Shown: piece after piece, positions 9,984 through 19,167 of the stretch
Position numbering within the stretch: position 1 is the first letter of the stretch
Layout: every line of letters starts with the position of its first letter
IMG/VR virus record: IMGVR_UViG_2534681700_000007
Location: 1 to 38,311 of that record
DNA from: a virus
Taxonomy: Duplodnaviria > Heunggongvirae > Uroviricota > Caudoviricetes
Reading direction: 5' to 3' (one strand)
Length of the DNA stretch: 38,311 nucleotides
The notes under the pieces: generated by a model
Databases searched by the model: none
Told to the model about the DNA's origin: nothing
Seen by the model: only the letters and a program-made list of their open reading frames with translations
Made by a program: the position numbers and the translations under genes

Positions 9984-10730
9984 ATGAAAAATATTGCGGC
10001 AGGCGGCATTCTTGAACGTATCCGTAGACTGGCCCCGCCACATGTAACCGCCCCATTCAAAACGGTAGCGGAGTGGCGCGAGTGGCAACTTTCCGAAGGC
10101 CAGAAACGTTGTGAGGAGATCAACCGTCAGAATCGTCAGTTGCGGGTGGAAAAAATTCTGAATCGCTCTGGCATCCAGCCATTGCACCGCAAATGCTCGT
10201 TTTCGAATTACCAGGTGCAGAACGAAGGGCAGCGATACGCGTTGAGTCAGGCGAAATCCATCGCTGATGAACTGATGACCGGGTGTACAAATTTTGCGTT
10301 CAGCGGAAAACCTGGTACTGGGAAGAACCACTTAGCGGCAGCTATCGGGAATCACCTGCTGAAAGACGGTCAGACAGTGATTGTGGTTACCGTGGCTGAT
10401 GTTATGAGTGCCCTGCACGCCAGCTATGACGATGGGCAGTCAGGCGAAAAATTTTTGCGGGAACTGTGCGAAGTGGATCTGCTGGTTCTTGATGAAATTG
10501 GCATTCAGCGCGAGACGAAAAACGAGCAGGTGGTACTGCACCAGATTGTTGATCGCCGGACAGCGTCGATGCGCAGCGTGGGGATGCTGACAAACCTGAA
10601 CTATGAGGCCATGAAAACATTGCTCGGCGAGCGGATTATGGATCGCATGACCATGAACGGCGGGCGATGGGTGAATTTTAACTGGGAGAGCTGGCGTCCG
10701 AATGTCGTCCAGCCAGGAATTGCGAAGTAA
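9984..10730 (+). CDS. ydaV: DnaC-like helicase loader, 248 aa
   Basis: Walker [16 protein letters not shown] and Walker B LLVLDEIG motifs; recognised as YdaV. Confidence 0.85.
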   Translation: MKNIAAGGILERIRRLAPPHVTAPFKTVAEWREWQLSEGQKRCEEINRQNRQLRVEKILNRSGIQPLHRKCSFSNYQVQNEGQRYALSQAKSIADELMTGCTNFAFSGKPGTGKNHLAAAIGNHLLKDGQTVIVVTVADVMSALHASYDDGQSGEKFLRELCEVDLLVLDEIGIQRETKNEQVVLHQIVDRRTASMRSVGMLTNLNYEAMKTLLGERIMDRMTMNGGRWVNFNWESWRPNVVQPGIAK

Positions 10731-10752
10731 TTTTTACCGGGAGAAAAATTTA

Positions 10753-11514
10753 ATGGAGACTGTTTTTGACGCACTGAAAGCAATGGGAAAAGCCACATCC
10801 ATAGAACTTGCTGCGCGACTTGATATCAGTCGTGAAGAAGTGCTGAACGAACTATGGGAACTGAAAAAGGCTGGTTTTGTTGATAAAAGCGCGTACACCT
10901 GGCGTGTGGCTGATAACAACGTTCAGCAGGAACAGCCAGCGCAGGCAGAACTGCCGGAAGAAACCACCACAGCAACAGTAGCGAAAATCTCAGAGTGCGA
11001 TTTAACCGCGACGATTGAACAACGCGGACCACAAACGGCTGATGAGTTGGCTACATTGTTCGGTACCACATCACGCAAAGTGGCTTCAACGCTGGCAATG
11101 GCTATCAGCAAAGGTCGTCTGATTCGCATTAATCAGAACGGTAAATTTCGTTACTGCATACCGGGTGATAATTTACCAGCAGAGCCGAAAGTTGAATCGG
11201 TAGCGGAAACCGATGGTAAAGCCTTTCCTCAGCCAGCAGGTGTTGCGTTACCAGTACAGGAAGCTGCAACACAGGAAGATATTAAAACAGAAACTGTGGC
11301 TGATATTGTGCAGTCGTTGCCATCGTTTACTGAAACGCGAGCGGATGACCTGGTTTTACCATCGCTGCATATGGCAAACCGCGAATTGCGTCGGGCGAAA
11401 AGTCATGTCCAGAAGTGGGAGCGAGTCTGCGCCGCGCTGCGGGAGCTGAACAAGCACCGGGATATTGTTCGACAGATTACGGATTCTTCCCGCCGTATTG
11501 TATCGGAAAAGTGA
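10753..11514 (+). CDS. Hypothetical protein, ~253 aa from [12 protein letters not shown], with two winged-helix-like repeats (possibly a full-length YdaW-type protein)
   Basis: ORF 10702..11514 in the track; the start is placed at the ATG preceded by GGGAG; two similar segments ([30 protein letters not shown] and [33 protein letters not shown]). Confidence 0.5.
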   Translation: METVFDALKAMGKATSIELAARLDISREEVLNELWELKKAGFVDKSAYTWRVADNNVQQEQPAQAELPEETTTATVAKISECDLTATIEQRGPQTADELATLFGTTSRKVASTLAMAISKGRLIRINQNGKFRYCIPGDNLPAEPKVESVAETDGKAFPQPAGVALPVQEAATQEDIKTETVADIVQSLPSFTETRADDLVLPSLHMANRELRRAKSHVQKWERVCAALRELNKHRDIVRQITDSSRRIVSEK

Positions 11515-11529
11515 TTGCCGGAGGCGCTT

Positions 11530-11859
11530 ATGGCAAAAGTATTTACACAAGAAGGGCGGGAAAAAATTAAAGGGCAGGTTGTTGAACTCGTGCGCCAGAG
11601 TGGGCGCGAGACGTTACGACAACTGGAAGCTAAGACAGGTGCGACAAGATATCTGATGAACCTTCTTGCCAGAGAATTGGTTGCGAGCGGTGATGTATAC
11701 AACTCTGGTTACGGGTTATTTCCCTCAGAACAGGTTCGTAAAGACTGGCAAAACGCCCGCAAAAAACTATCAAGGGCAAAGGTGAAGAAACCGGTTGTGG
11801 TTGATCCTGACCTTATCTGGTCATTACCTGACGGAGAAATCCGTCGCCTTAGTCTTTGA
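11530..11859 (+). CDS. Hypothetical protein, 109 aa from MAKVFTQEGRE
   Basis: ORF 11515..11859; the ATG at 11530 is preceded by GGAGG; function unknown. Confidence 0.45.
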   Translation: MAKVFTQEGREKIKGQVVELVRQSGRETLRQLEAKTGATRYLMNLLARELVASGDVYNSGYGLFPSEQVRKDWQNARKKLSRAKVKKPVVVDPDLIWSLPDGEIRRLSL

Positions 11860-11894
11860 TAATAGGTTTATAATGTTGAAAAAGAGTCTAATAG

Positions 11895-11924
11895 TTGACA
11901 TTGTATGAAATATGATTGTTATAT
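11895..11924 (+). promoter_or_regulatory. Sigma70-like promoter for the NTPase gene: perfect -35 TTGACA at 11895..11900, -10-like TTATAT at about 11919..11924
   Basis: Read directly from the sequence, in the AT-rich tract upstream of the ATG at 11961. Confidence 0.4.
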
Positions 11925-12100
11925 AAAATGATTTTTTTGGATACTGTTTAAGGTAAACAAATGAAACCAGAATACTTAAGAAAAATAGAATCATTGCAAC
12001 GTGAGGTTGATGATTTCCATCCAGTGCTAAGAGCGCTTCTACCACGTTTGCCGACTGTTACACATGTTGAATATAAGCAAGGACCATCAGAAAAAGGTGC

Positions 12101-12108
12101 TGATTTTG
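12101..12108. repeat. IS1 target-site duplication, left copy (TGATTTTG)
   Basis: Identical 8-mer immediately flanks both ends of IS1 (12101..12108 and 12877..12884). Confidence 0.8.
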
Positions 12109-12163
12109 GGTGATGCTGCCAACTTACTGATTTAGTGTATGATGGTGTTTTTGAGGTGCTCCA

Positions 12164-12439
12164 GTGGCTTCTGTTTCTATCAGCTGTCCCTCCTGTTCAG
12201 CTACTGACGGGGTGGTGCGTAACGGCAAAAGCACTGCCGGACATCAGCGCTATCTCTGCTCTCACTGCCGTAAAACATGGCAACTGCAGTTCACTTACAC
12301 CGCTTCTCAACCCGGTACGCACCAGAAAATCATTGATATGGCCATGAATGGCGTTGGATGCCGGGCAACCGCCCGCATTATGGGCGTTGGCCTCAACACG
12401 ATTTTCCGCCATTTAAAAAACTCAGGCCGCAGTCGGTAA
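12164..12439 (+). CDS. insA: IS1 InsA, 91 aa
   Basis: Translation [43 protein letters not shown]... recognised as InsA; the A6C frameshift motif (AAAAAAC at 12415..12421) lies near its 3' end. Confidence 0.9.
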   Translation: MASVSISCPSCSATDGVVRNGKSTAGHQRYLCSHCRKTWQLQFTYTASQPGTHQKIIDMAMNGVGCRATARIMGVGLNTIFRHLKNSGRSR

Positions 12440-12861
12440 CCTCGCGCATACAGCCGGGCAGTGACGTCATCGTCTGCGCGGAAATGGACGAACAGTGGGG
12501 ATACGTCGGGGCTAAATCGCGCCAGCGCTGGCTGTTTTACGCGTATGACAGGCTCCGGAAGACGGTTGTTGCGCACGTATTCGGTGAACGCACTATGGCG
12601 ACGCTGGGGCGTCTTATGAGCCTGCTGTCACCCTTTGACGTGGTGATATGGATGACGGATGGCTGGCCGCTGTATGAATCCCGCCTGAAGGGAAAGCTGC
12701 ACGTAATCAGCAAGCGATATACGCAGCGAATTGAGCGGCATAACCTGAATCTGAGGCAGCACCTGGCACGGCTGGGACGGAAGTCGCTGTCGTTCTCAAA
12801 ATCGGTGGAGCTGCATGACAAAGTCATCGGGCATTATCTGAACATAAAACACTATCAATAA
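12358..12861 (+). CDS. insB: IS1 InsB frame, 167 aa (made as InsAB' by -1 frameshifting)
   Basis: Translation [51 protein letters not shown]... recognised as InsB. Confidence 0.85.
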   Translation: MPGNRPHYGRWPQHDFPPFKKLRPQSVTSRIQPGSDVIVCAEMDEQWGYVGAKSRQRWLFYAYDRLRKTVVAHVFGERTMATLGRLMSLLSPFDVVIWMTDGWPLYESRLKGKLHVISKRYTQRIERHNLNLRQHLARLGRKSLSFSKSVELHDKVIGHYLNIKHYQ

Positions 12862-12876
12862 GTTGGAGTCATTACC

Positions 12877-12884
12877 TGATTTTG
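12877..12884. repeat. IS1 target-site duplication, right copy (TGATTTTG)
   Basis: See left copy at 12101..12108. Confidence 0.8.
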
Positions 12885-15006
12885 TCATAATTAAACGAGA
12901 TGAGGCATTAGACGAGGAAATATATATTGGTGTTATTTGTAAAGTTGGAAAGATAATTCAGTCAAATAGTGAGGTTGAACGACAAATAGAAGAGTGTCAA
13001 TTATATCCACGCTTTATTTCTTCTGGCTCTAAGAACATACATTTGAATGAAATTTGGGTTATTACTAATTCATCGATCTCAAATAATGCTCAAGAAAAAA
13101 TTTACTTGAAATTCAAATCTACAAATATAAAATTTATAGAGGGTGAAAAAATATGTTCTTTAATCAGTAAATATTACCCAGAGTTTTGGGATTTCGAATC
13201 CATTAATTATGAACAATACTTAACAGATACATTGCAAACCATAAGTGATACACCTGAAAGCTCTTTTTTTGGTAGTGTTGGCATAAATAACCTTATTGAT
13301 AGATATGTAAGCAAGGAAGATCATAAAAAACGCAGACACAGGCCGTTAAAACTGTATAGTGTTGTGAGAGCCGAGAGATTTATTTTTTTAGAGGGAACCG
13401 TTGGCTCTGGGAAAAGTACTTTGCTGAAACAGTTAATTAGAAAAATAAAAGAAGAATATTCTTACGAAAAAGACTACATCCTTCCAGTATTTTGTCAATA
13501 CAAGGATGTTCTAGAAAAAAAACTTAATGTTGAAAATATAATACAAAGTGTGTTAAGTAAGTACAAAATACAACATGATGGGAATATTTTATTAATTGTT
13601 GATTCGGTGGATGAAGTAAAGGAATCACTTGAGGAAAGGCAAAACAATTTCAGGGACATTGTAGAGAAAGTATCCAGGAATGATAAAATTCGATTACTAG
13701 TTGCTTCAAGAATTATGGATTCTCTTCAGGACTATGAAGTTATCGATCAGATGTTTGCAAGATACTCGATAATACCACTTAGCACAGGTCAAATAATCGA
13801 CTTTGTAGATAAAATCTGCAATGACATTAAAATAACAAATAAACTTAAAAATGGTATAGAAAAAACACCACTATTTAAGTTCATTCCCAGGACTCCAGTG
13901 AGCGCTATTCTTCTGGCAAGAATACTCTCTGATGAGATTAAAGAATTACCATCTACAATGACAGAACTATACTCAAAATACAGTGAGATAGTATTGGGAC
14001 GATGGGATACATCTAAGGGATTATTATCGCAAACAGAATATGATGTAATAAGTAATATATTAGTAGAAATTGCGATATTTATGATGGATAACTCTCTAAA
14101 CTGCATATCAATTTCAGAAGTGCAGGACATGTTTTTAAATTATTTGGCCAAAAGAAACTTGAATGTTGATGAGGACAAACTTTTCAAAAGACTAATTTAT
14201 CGCAGTGAAGTAACAACAGTTAATGTTAGAAGTAATACGTTCTCATTTCTACACAGATCATTCATGGAGTATTTTTACGCTGAAGGACTTAGGAAGCGTG
14301 GCCTAATAGACATAAATGATAATATTTATGATATTTATTGGGCAAATAGTTATTTCTTCTATTTTGGTTTGTTAAGAGACAATGAATATCTTATTGATAA
14401 AATTAATGAACTTAAACCTAGTAACGATAAAACAAGATTTTTAAGGTTATTTTATAACGGTTCTTTTTATTTGGCTTCATATCTAACTCCGTATAAAAAA
14501 ATAACGAGGGGAGTCCTTTTATCATATATAGATGCAGGTAAATTATATGTTGATATTCTCAAGGGAAATACCGACATCCCGCTGAAGGAGTTTTCACCAG
14601 TAGCTCTTCTTTGTATTTTCACAAAGTGTTTAAGTAACAATTACGCATATGATTTTTTCAAATCTGCCTTGGAAGACTTGTCAGTTCAAATTGAACAATA
14701 TGAGGAAATTGGTGAACATATTGATTATGCACGTTTCTTCATAGCATCAACACTGAATGAGCTCGGGGATAAATCCGCATTTGATAGCTTAGTGGAAAAA
14801 AATAAATTAGGTGTTTTGATTAATTTAGGGATAACTCACGTTACAGACGACTCAGGGCTACTTAGCACTACGGTTGATAAGTACCTGAAAAAATTCAATA
14901 AAAAAGTACGAAGTAACCATGATATGTCTAATTATATATCTAAGTTATATGAGGAATCTACAGGTTCCTTACGTACAAACCTGCAAATTCAATAATAAAT
15001 AGATTG

Positions 15007-15041
15007 TCACATTGAAGGTAACGTATCGACCTTCAATGTGA
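15007..15041 (+). terminator. Strong stem-loop (13-bp stem TCACATTGAAGGT / ACCTTCAATGTGA, 9-nt loop) 12 nt after the NTPase stop; possible terminator
   Basis: Perfect inverted repeat read from the sequence; the downstream tract is only weakly T-rich, so terminator function is uncertain. Confidence 0.35.
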
Positions 15042-15363
15042 TGATTATCCTCTTGATAATATAGCTTAAGCTACTTTCGACTTTCTGAGACAAAGAGATT
15101 GCAGAATGTACCAATCATAGTGAAGCTATCGTAAATGTTCGCACGTCGCTCAAATCAGATAGTCATATTTGAGTGAACTGCTTACTCAAAATGCTGGTTG
15201 GGGCCTGACTTAATACATCTGAAGAAGTGTTGGTTATGTTTGGCTGTTGTGTTCCATTGCCAAAGAAAAAATAGATAAACTATACCCAATAGTTGTATTG
15301 AATCACTGACGAGACAGCCTCATATTTATCAGGACTGGTGTGCGTCCAATACAGGAGGTTGTC

Positions 15364-15453
15364 GTGCTGGTTCTCAAATGTGCGCTGGCTATTGCTGCTG
15401 TAATAGCAATTTATTGTCTTGCTGTTGTTCTTATGGATCGCCTTTCTGATTGA
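15364..15453 (+). CDS. Candidate small hydrophobic peptide, 29 aa (MLVLKCALAIAAVIAIYCLAVVLMDRLSD), GTG start
   Basis: AGGAGG Shine-Dalgarno 5 nt upstream of the GTG; a single predicted transmembrane helix with a charged C-terminus; not in the ORF track because of its size. Confidence 0.25.
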   Translation: MLVLKCALAIAAVIAIYCLAVVLMDRLSD

Positions 15454-15606
15454 TTTCATATTGGCGAAGTAAAGGGGGTTAAATAGTATGGCTGCGGGGG
15501 CTTGAGGCTATCTGCCTTGGGCATGAAAACCAAAGGCAGATAGAAAAAGTCCCAGTTGATATTACGCATCCGGCAAGAGGCTTAACATTAATCTGGGGCC
15601 CAATCT

Positions 15607-15819
15607 ATGCCTTACAAACGTAGGTTAGTCTCTTACGTGCTGAAAGGCAAGAAGAAGCGGGCTATGAAGCAGCAAAAGGCGATGTTAATCACCCTGATCG
15701 TCATCTGTTTAACCGTTATAGTGACGGTACTGGTAACGAGGAAAGACCTCTGCGAGGTACGAATCCGAACCGACCAGACGGAGGTCGCTGTCTTCACAGC
15801 TTACGAACTTGGGGAGTAA
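15607..15819 (+). CDS. mok: Mok (modulation of killing) reading frame, 70 aa, same frame as hok and N-terminally extended
   Basis: The 70-aa ORF contains the ...KRAMKQQKAM... junction typical of chromosomal mok/hok pairs. Confidence 0.65.
   Translation: MPYKRRLVSYVLKGKKKRAMKQQKAMLITLIVICLTVIVTVLVTRKDLCEVRIRTDQTEVAVFTAYELGE
15664..15819 (+). CDS. hok: Hok/Gef-family type I toxin, 51 aa (MKQQKAMLITLIVICLTVIVTVLVTRKDLCEVRIRTDQTEVAVFTAYELGE)
   Basis: Recognised Hok-family sequence, closest in my recollection to HokD/RelF and HokC/Gef; one transmembrane helix followed by the conserved RKDLCEV...EVAVF motif. Confidence 0.85.
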   Translation: MKQQKAMLITLIVICLTVIVTVLVTRKDLCEVRIRTDQTEVAVFTAYELGE

Positions 15820-15830
15820 GAGGACCAGCG

Positions 15831-15842
15831 GGGAGAAATCCC
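15831..15842. repeat. IS186 target-site duplication, left copy (GGGAGAAATCCC)
   Basis: The same 12-mer is repeated at 17179..17190 directly outside the IS186 ends; G-run...C-run target typical of IS186. Confidence 0.75.
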
Positions 15843-17178
15843 ATAAGCGCTAACTTAAGGGTTGAACCATCTGAAGAATGCGACGCCTCGGTGCCTCGTT
15901 AAGACGATGCCTCGCGTTCTTCAATTGCGTTTTGTAGGCTGTCAGGGATACTGTCCCACGAATGGCCACCTGTAAGCTCCAGATGACCATTTTTGTTATT
16001 CTCCACAACGAGTTAGTTCTTCTTTTCGGATCCGGCACTTCTGGGGGGGAAATCCAGCGATGGCTGGATTATGTCGTCAATTAAAAATGCGGCGAGTAGA
16101 TTAGCAAATATCCACGCTTTCGCGAGTTCAGGTTCCTTTGCACGCAAAGCATCCAGGTGCAGCAAACTTTTGAGCCGCTTAAAAGCCAGTTCAATTTGCC
16201 ATCGCAGACGGTAACAATCAGCCACTTGCTCTGCTGAATATTCATCTTCCGGTAATGATGTTAGCAATAGCACATGGCCCGCTGCTTCCAGCGTTTCCGC
16301 CTGAACTACTCGTCCTTTTCGACGATTCTCGCTGAGCAGTCGGGTTTTACTGATTAATGCTTTTTCGGGAGGAAGTGATACGGCAATGAGACGTGCCGGA
16401 AAGGGAGCTCCGGCTTTTTTATTACCTGAATTGCCTATCATTACAGTGGTTTCACCGTTCTTACCGCAATCCAGCCCGCGCAGAAAACCCATCATGTCAA
16501 AGCGCATTCCTTCTGCAGTTAACCAGCGCAATCCTCGCCAGTGAACCCGGACGATATAATCAGCTTCTCCAAAAGCAAGTGAGCGGATACATTCGGGACG
16601 CGAACCGAATCCCCGGTCTGCAATGCGTATCTCGTCTGCCGTTTGCGCAAATCGGTCCAGCCGTTCAGCGTCTCTGCTGTCGGTTAGCTCAAAATCAGTG
16701 AACTGACAGGTATGAGGATCATATCCCATATGTAGTCGCCATTCAGCGCTGCCGCCCCGGGCGCACTGATTGCTGTTCCATCGACAAGACGCAATCTCTT
16801 TCCGCTTGTACAACCCGTAACTGCGGCGCGTACAGCAAGTGTTTGTGCGGCAAGTATGCCAAACCAGTCGGCGGCATTCCGCAGCCGCTTCAGGAGAGCC
16901 ACGTCAGATAATGTTGCAACGTCATGGAGCTGAGCCCATGCAGTGACTTCACGTAATGACATCCCCCCGGGGCCGTAAGCCAGCCCCAGACGTAGCAGAG
17001 TTGCAGCATCACGAATTTCGCGGCGGCGGGTTAGAGCCCCGGCATTACGTGCCGAAGTATCCAGTTCTTCGGGCTTACCAATATGGGCCAGAATTGCTGA
17101 CCAGTTATCGTGAGAGTAATTCATCGGCACGTTAAATCATATCAGGCGTAATACCACAACCCTTAAGTTAGCGCTTAT
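15843..17178 (-). mobile_element. IS186 (IS4 family), about 1336 bp
   Basis: Terminal inverted repeats CATAAGCGCTAACTTAAGGGTTG (15843...) and CAACCCTTAAGTTAGCGCTTATG (...17178); internal transposase; 12-bp direct repeat flanks. Confidence 0.85.
16013..17124 (-). pseudogene. insL: IS186 transposase (InsL-like) split by a frameshift into two overlapping ORFs (16684..17130 and 16013..16813)
   Basis: The two minus-strand ORFs together span 1112 nt from the MNYSHDNWSAILAHIGK start; one extra nucleotide would give a single 370-aa ORF. Frames switch in the GCGCCCGGGGCGGC run (about 16755..16770). C-terminal ORF carries DRGF and YRLRWQIELAFKRLK (DDE/YREK) motifs. Confidence 0.7.
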
Positions 17179-17190
17179 GGGAGAAATCCC
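17179..17190. repeat. IS186 target-site duplication, right copy (GGGAGAAATCCC)
   Basis: See left copy at 15831..15842. Confidence 0.75.
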
Positions 17191-17630
17191 CGCAACCTCT
17201 GATGTATTATGCATCCTCAACGCAGCCACAGTTAACCTGATTGGCGGGTTTACTTCATCTGTAAATATTTTTATAAAAATAATGCCCACGCACAGCATAA
17301 AACAAAAAGTATTACAGATAAAAAAGGAACGTAATGTACAGATTTGTTGTTTTCCATATTTACTCACCTTAATATGATTAACCCTGATAGGGCTATTATT
17401 TCAGCGGTTTTCAAATGAGATATTATGGTGATCTGACAAATTTGCATAACATTAAAATTTAATTTGTTTAACCGCTTTTAATAATAAGCGTTGTTTGTAT
17501 CCCAGCAATCTGTTGTTTGGTTTTTATTCCATTAAGGTGGGGGCTTTACACTGGAACCAGTTTATTTATACTTTATACGTCAGCCTGAACAACTGGCATC
17601 TGCTGCACTGCGCCATCGAGAGATTGAGAA

Positions 17631-18230
17631 ATGGCGCATATACAACTGGTCAAACAAACTTCTTCTGGTTTACTTCTCCCGGCGACGCCGGAGAGTTGCG
17701 ATTTTCTGCATCAAATCAAAATAGGTGAGTGGATACACGCAGACTTTAAGCGTGTGCGTAACTACGCATTCCACAAGCGTTTTTTCAAACTCCTGCAACT
17801 GGGATTCGATTACTGGACTCCGGTCGGTGGGGCGATCACGCCTCGCGAACGAGAACTGCTGTCTGGTTTCGTTGATTACCTGTGCGAATCAGTTGGTCGG
17901 GAACACACGCCAGCCCTGAGTGATGCCGCAGAGCAATACCTTAACACCGTTGCGACTCGTAGAACCCGGGATACGGCGTTGCTAAAGTCGTTTGAGGCTT
18001 TCCGCGAGTGGGTAACCATTCAGGCCGGATTTTACACCGAGCATATTTATCCGGACGGTAGCCGTGGGCGTCGGGCAAAATCCATCGCTTTTGCGAATAT
18101 GGACGAAGTCGAGTTTCAGCAGGTTTATAAATCTGTACTGAATGTGCTGTGGAACTGGATTCTGTTCCGTAAATTCTCCTCTCAGGAGGAAGTTGAAAAT
18201 GTGGCCGCACAACTACTGGAGTTTGCGTAA
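17631..18230 (+). CDS. Hypothetical nin-region phage protein, 199 aa
   Basis: ORF in the track; located upstream of the candidate Q gene as in lambdoid nin regions; family not firmly recognised. Confidence 0.55.
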   Translation: MAHIQLVKQTSSGLLLPATPESCDFLHQIKIGEWIHADFKRVRNYAFHKRFFKLLQLGFDYWTPVGGAITPRERELLSGFVDYLCESVGREHTPALSDAAEQYLNTVATRRTRDTALLKSFEAFREWVTIQAGFYTEHIYPDGSRGRRAKSIAFANMDEVEFQQVYKSVLNVLWNWILFRKFSSQEEVENVAAQLLEFA

Positions 18231-18520
18231 TGGTGAATTTACGTAAAGCGGCTAAAGGCCAGATGTGCCAGATCAGAATCCCTGGCTACTGCAATCACAA
18301 TCCCGAAACCTCTGTGCTGGCGCATTACAGGCTGGCGGGGACGTGCGGAACAGCGACAAAACCACACGATATGCAGGCGGCGATAGCCTGTAGCTCATGC
18401 CACGATCTAATCGACGGGCGGGTAAAAACCAGCGATTACACCAAAGAAGAATTGCGCCTGATGCATGCTGAAGGGGTTTTTCGCACACAAGAAATCTGGA
18501 GAAAGAAAGGTCATTTATGA
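18230..18520 (+). CDS. DUF1364/YbcO-like Cys-rich protein (putative nuclease), 96 aa
   Basis: Translation MVNLRKAAKGQMCQIRIPGYCNHNPETSVLAHYR...CSSCHDLIDGR resembles YbcO-family prophage proteins; start overlaps the upstream stop (ATGA-type junction). Confidence 0.6.
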   Translation: MVNLRKAAKGQMCQIRIPGYCNHNPETSVLAHYRLAGTCGTATKPHDMQAAIACSSCHDLIDGRVKTSDYTKEELRLMHAEGVFRTQEIWRKKGHL

Positions 18521-19059
18521 TTTACCCAACGAATACAGGAAAAAGCGGAGAACACCTTCGCCTCACCACGCTGGAAAGTGTCTGGATTCAGGGAAAACTA
18601 CGTATGTGGGGGCGCTGGTCGTATATTGGCGGTGGCAGGTCAGGGAATATGTTCAATCAGTTGTTGGCATCCAAAAAACTGACGAAAACAGCCATTAATG
18701 AAGCCCTGCGCAGAATGAAAAAAGCGGGAATAGAGAAAGCTGAGCTGGAAGCGTTTTTGCGAGAGATGATCAACGGCAAGCAAAAGAGCTGGCTGGCGCA
18801 TTGTACTGATGCAGAGGCGTTATGTATTGATCGAGTCATAAGTGAGGTGCTGGCAGAGCATCCAGGATTGATTTGCATTCTCCGGCAACGCTATGAAGGG
18901 CGGGGGATGACTAAGCGCAAAATGGCTGAATTGCTAAATGATGCACACCCAGAGTGGTGTTTTAGCACATGCGAAAAACGGATTGCTAATTGGTTAGCTG
19001 TTGCTGAGTATGCCCTATATATTCCCATGCGTGAATCATTTGCTGAGAAAATGGCTTGA
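18517..19059 (+). CDS. Candidate late-gene antiterminator (Q-like), 180 aa
   Basis: Last gene before a short leader with an intrinsic terminator and the lysis cassette; family assignment is by position and general resemblance only. Confidence 0.5.
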   Translation: MIYPTNTGKSGEHLRLTTLESVWIQGKLRMWGRWSYIGGGRSGNMFNQLLASKKLTKTAINEALRRMKKAGIEKAELEAFLREMINGKQKSWLAHCTDAEALCIDRVISEVLAEHPGLICILRQRYEGRGMTKRKMAELLNDAHPEWCFSTCEKRIANWLAVAEYALYIPMRESFAEKMA

Positions 19060-19138
19060 TTTCTTACGTATAAACTGCTTCAATTTTGCTATGCTTCGCA
19101 AAGCTGTATCGCGAGGCGGATTGCAGACATGGACATCG

Positions 19139-19167
19139 TAAAAAAACCGCTTAATGCGGTTTTTTTA
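19139..19167 (+). terminator. Intrinsic terminator hairpin (AAAAAAACCGC-TTAA-TGCGGTTTTTTT), symmetric A/T tracts; candidate tR'
   Basis: Read from the sequence, ~80 nt after the Q-like stop. Confidence 0.6.

Larger units (their letters stand above)
12109..12876 (+). mobile_element. IS1, complete 768-bp copy
   Basis: Begins GGTGATGCTGCCAACTTACTGAT and ends ...CAATAAGTTGGAGTCATTACC (the IS1 terminal inverted repeats); encodes InsA and InsB; flanked by an 8-bp direct repeat. Confidence 0.9.
11961..14995 (+). pseudogene. P-loop (STAND-like) NTPase gene with an N-terminal ~170-aa putative effector domain, interrupted after codon 49 by IS1 (5' part 11961..12108; 3' part 12877..14995). The reconstructed intact product is ~752 aa
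   Basis: Frame continuity: ...EKGADF | IS1 | VIIKRDEALDEE...; removing IS1 and one copy of the duplicated TGATTTTG restores one ORF. Walker A FLEGTVGSGKSTLL and Walker B ILLIVDSVDEV (hhhhDxxDE pattern) followed by a ~400-aa C-terminal region. The 710-aa ORF in the track (12863..14995) only begins with a TTG inside the IS1 terminal repeat. Confidence 0.7.

Noticed and set aside
12863-14995. 710-aa ORF in the track starting at a TTG inside the IS1 terminal repeat
   Set aside because: The start is an artefact of the IS1 insertion; the frame is the 3' part of the interrupted NTPase gene that begins at 11961.
15509-15544. Inverted repeat CTATCTGCCTT...AAGGCAGATAG upstream of mok as a terminator
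   Set aside because: It is followed by an A-run on the plus strand and preceded by a T-run on the minus strand, so it is not a canonical terminator in either direction; more likely part of the structured hok mRNA leader.
17495-17728. 77-aa plus-strand ORF upstream of and overlapping the 199-aa nin-region gene
   Set aside because: Out of frame with the downstream gene, AT-rich and with no start context.
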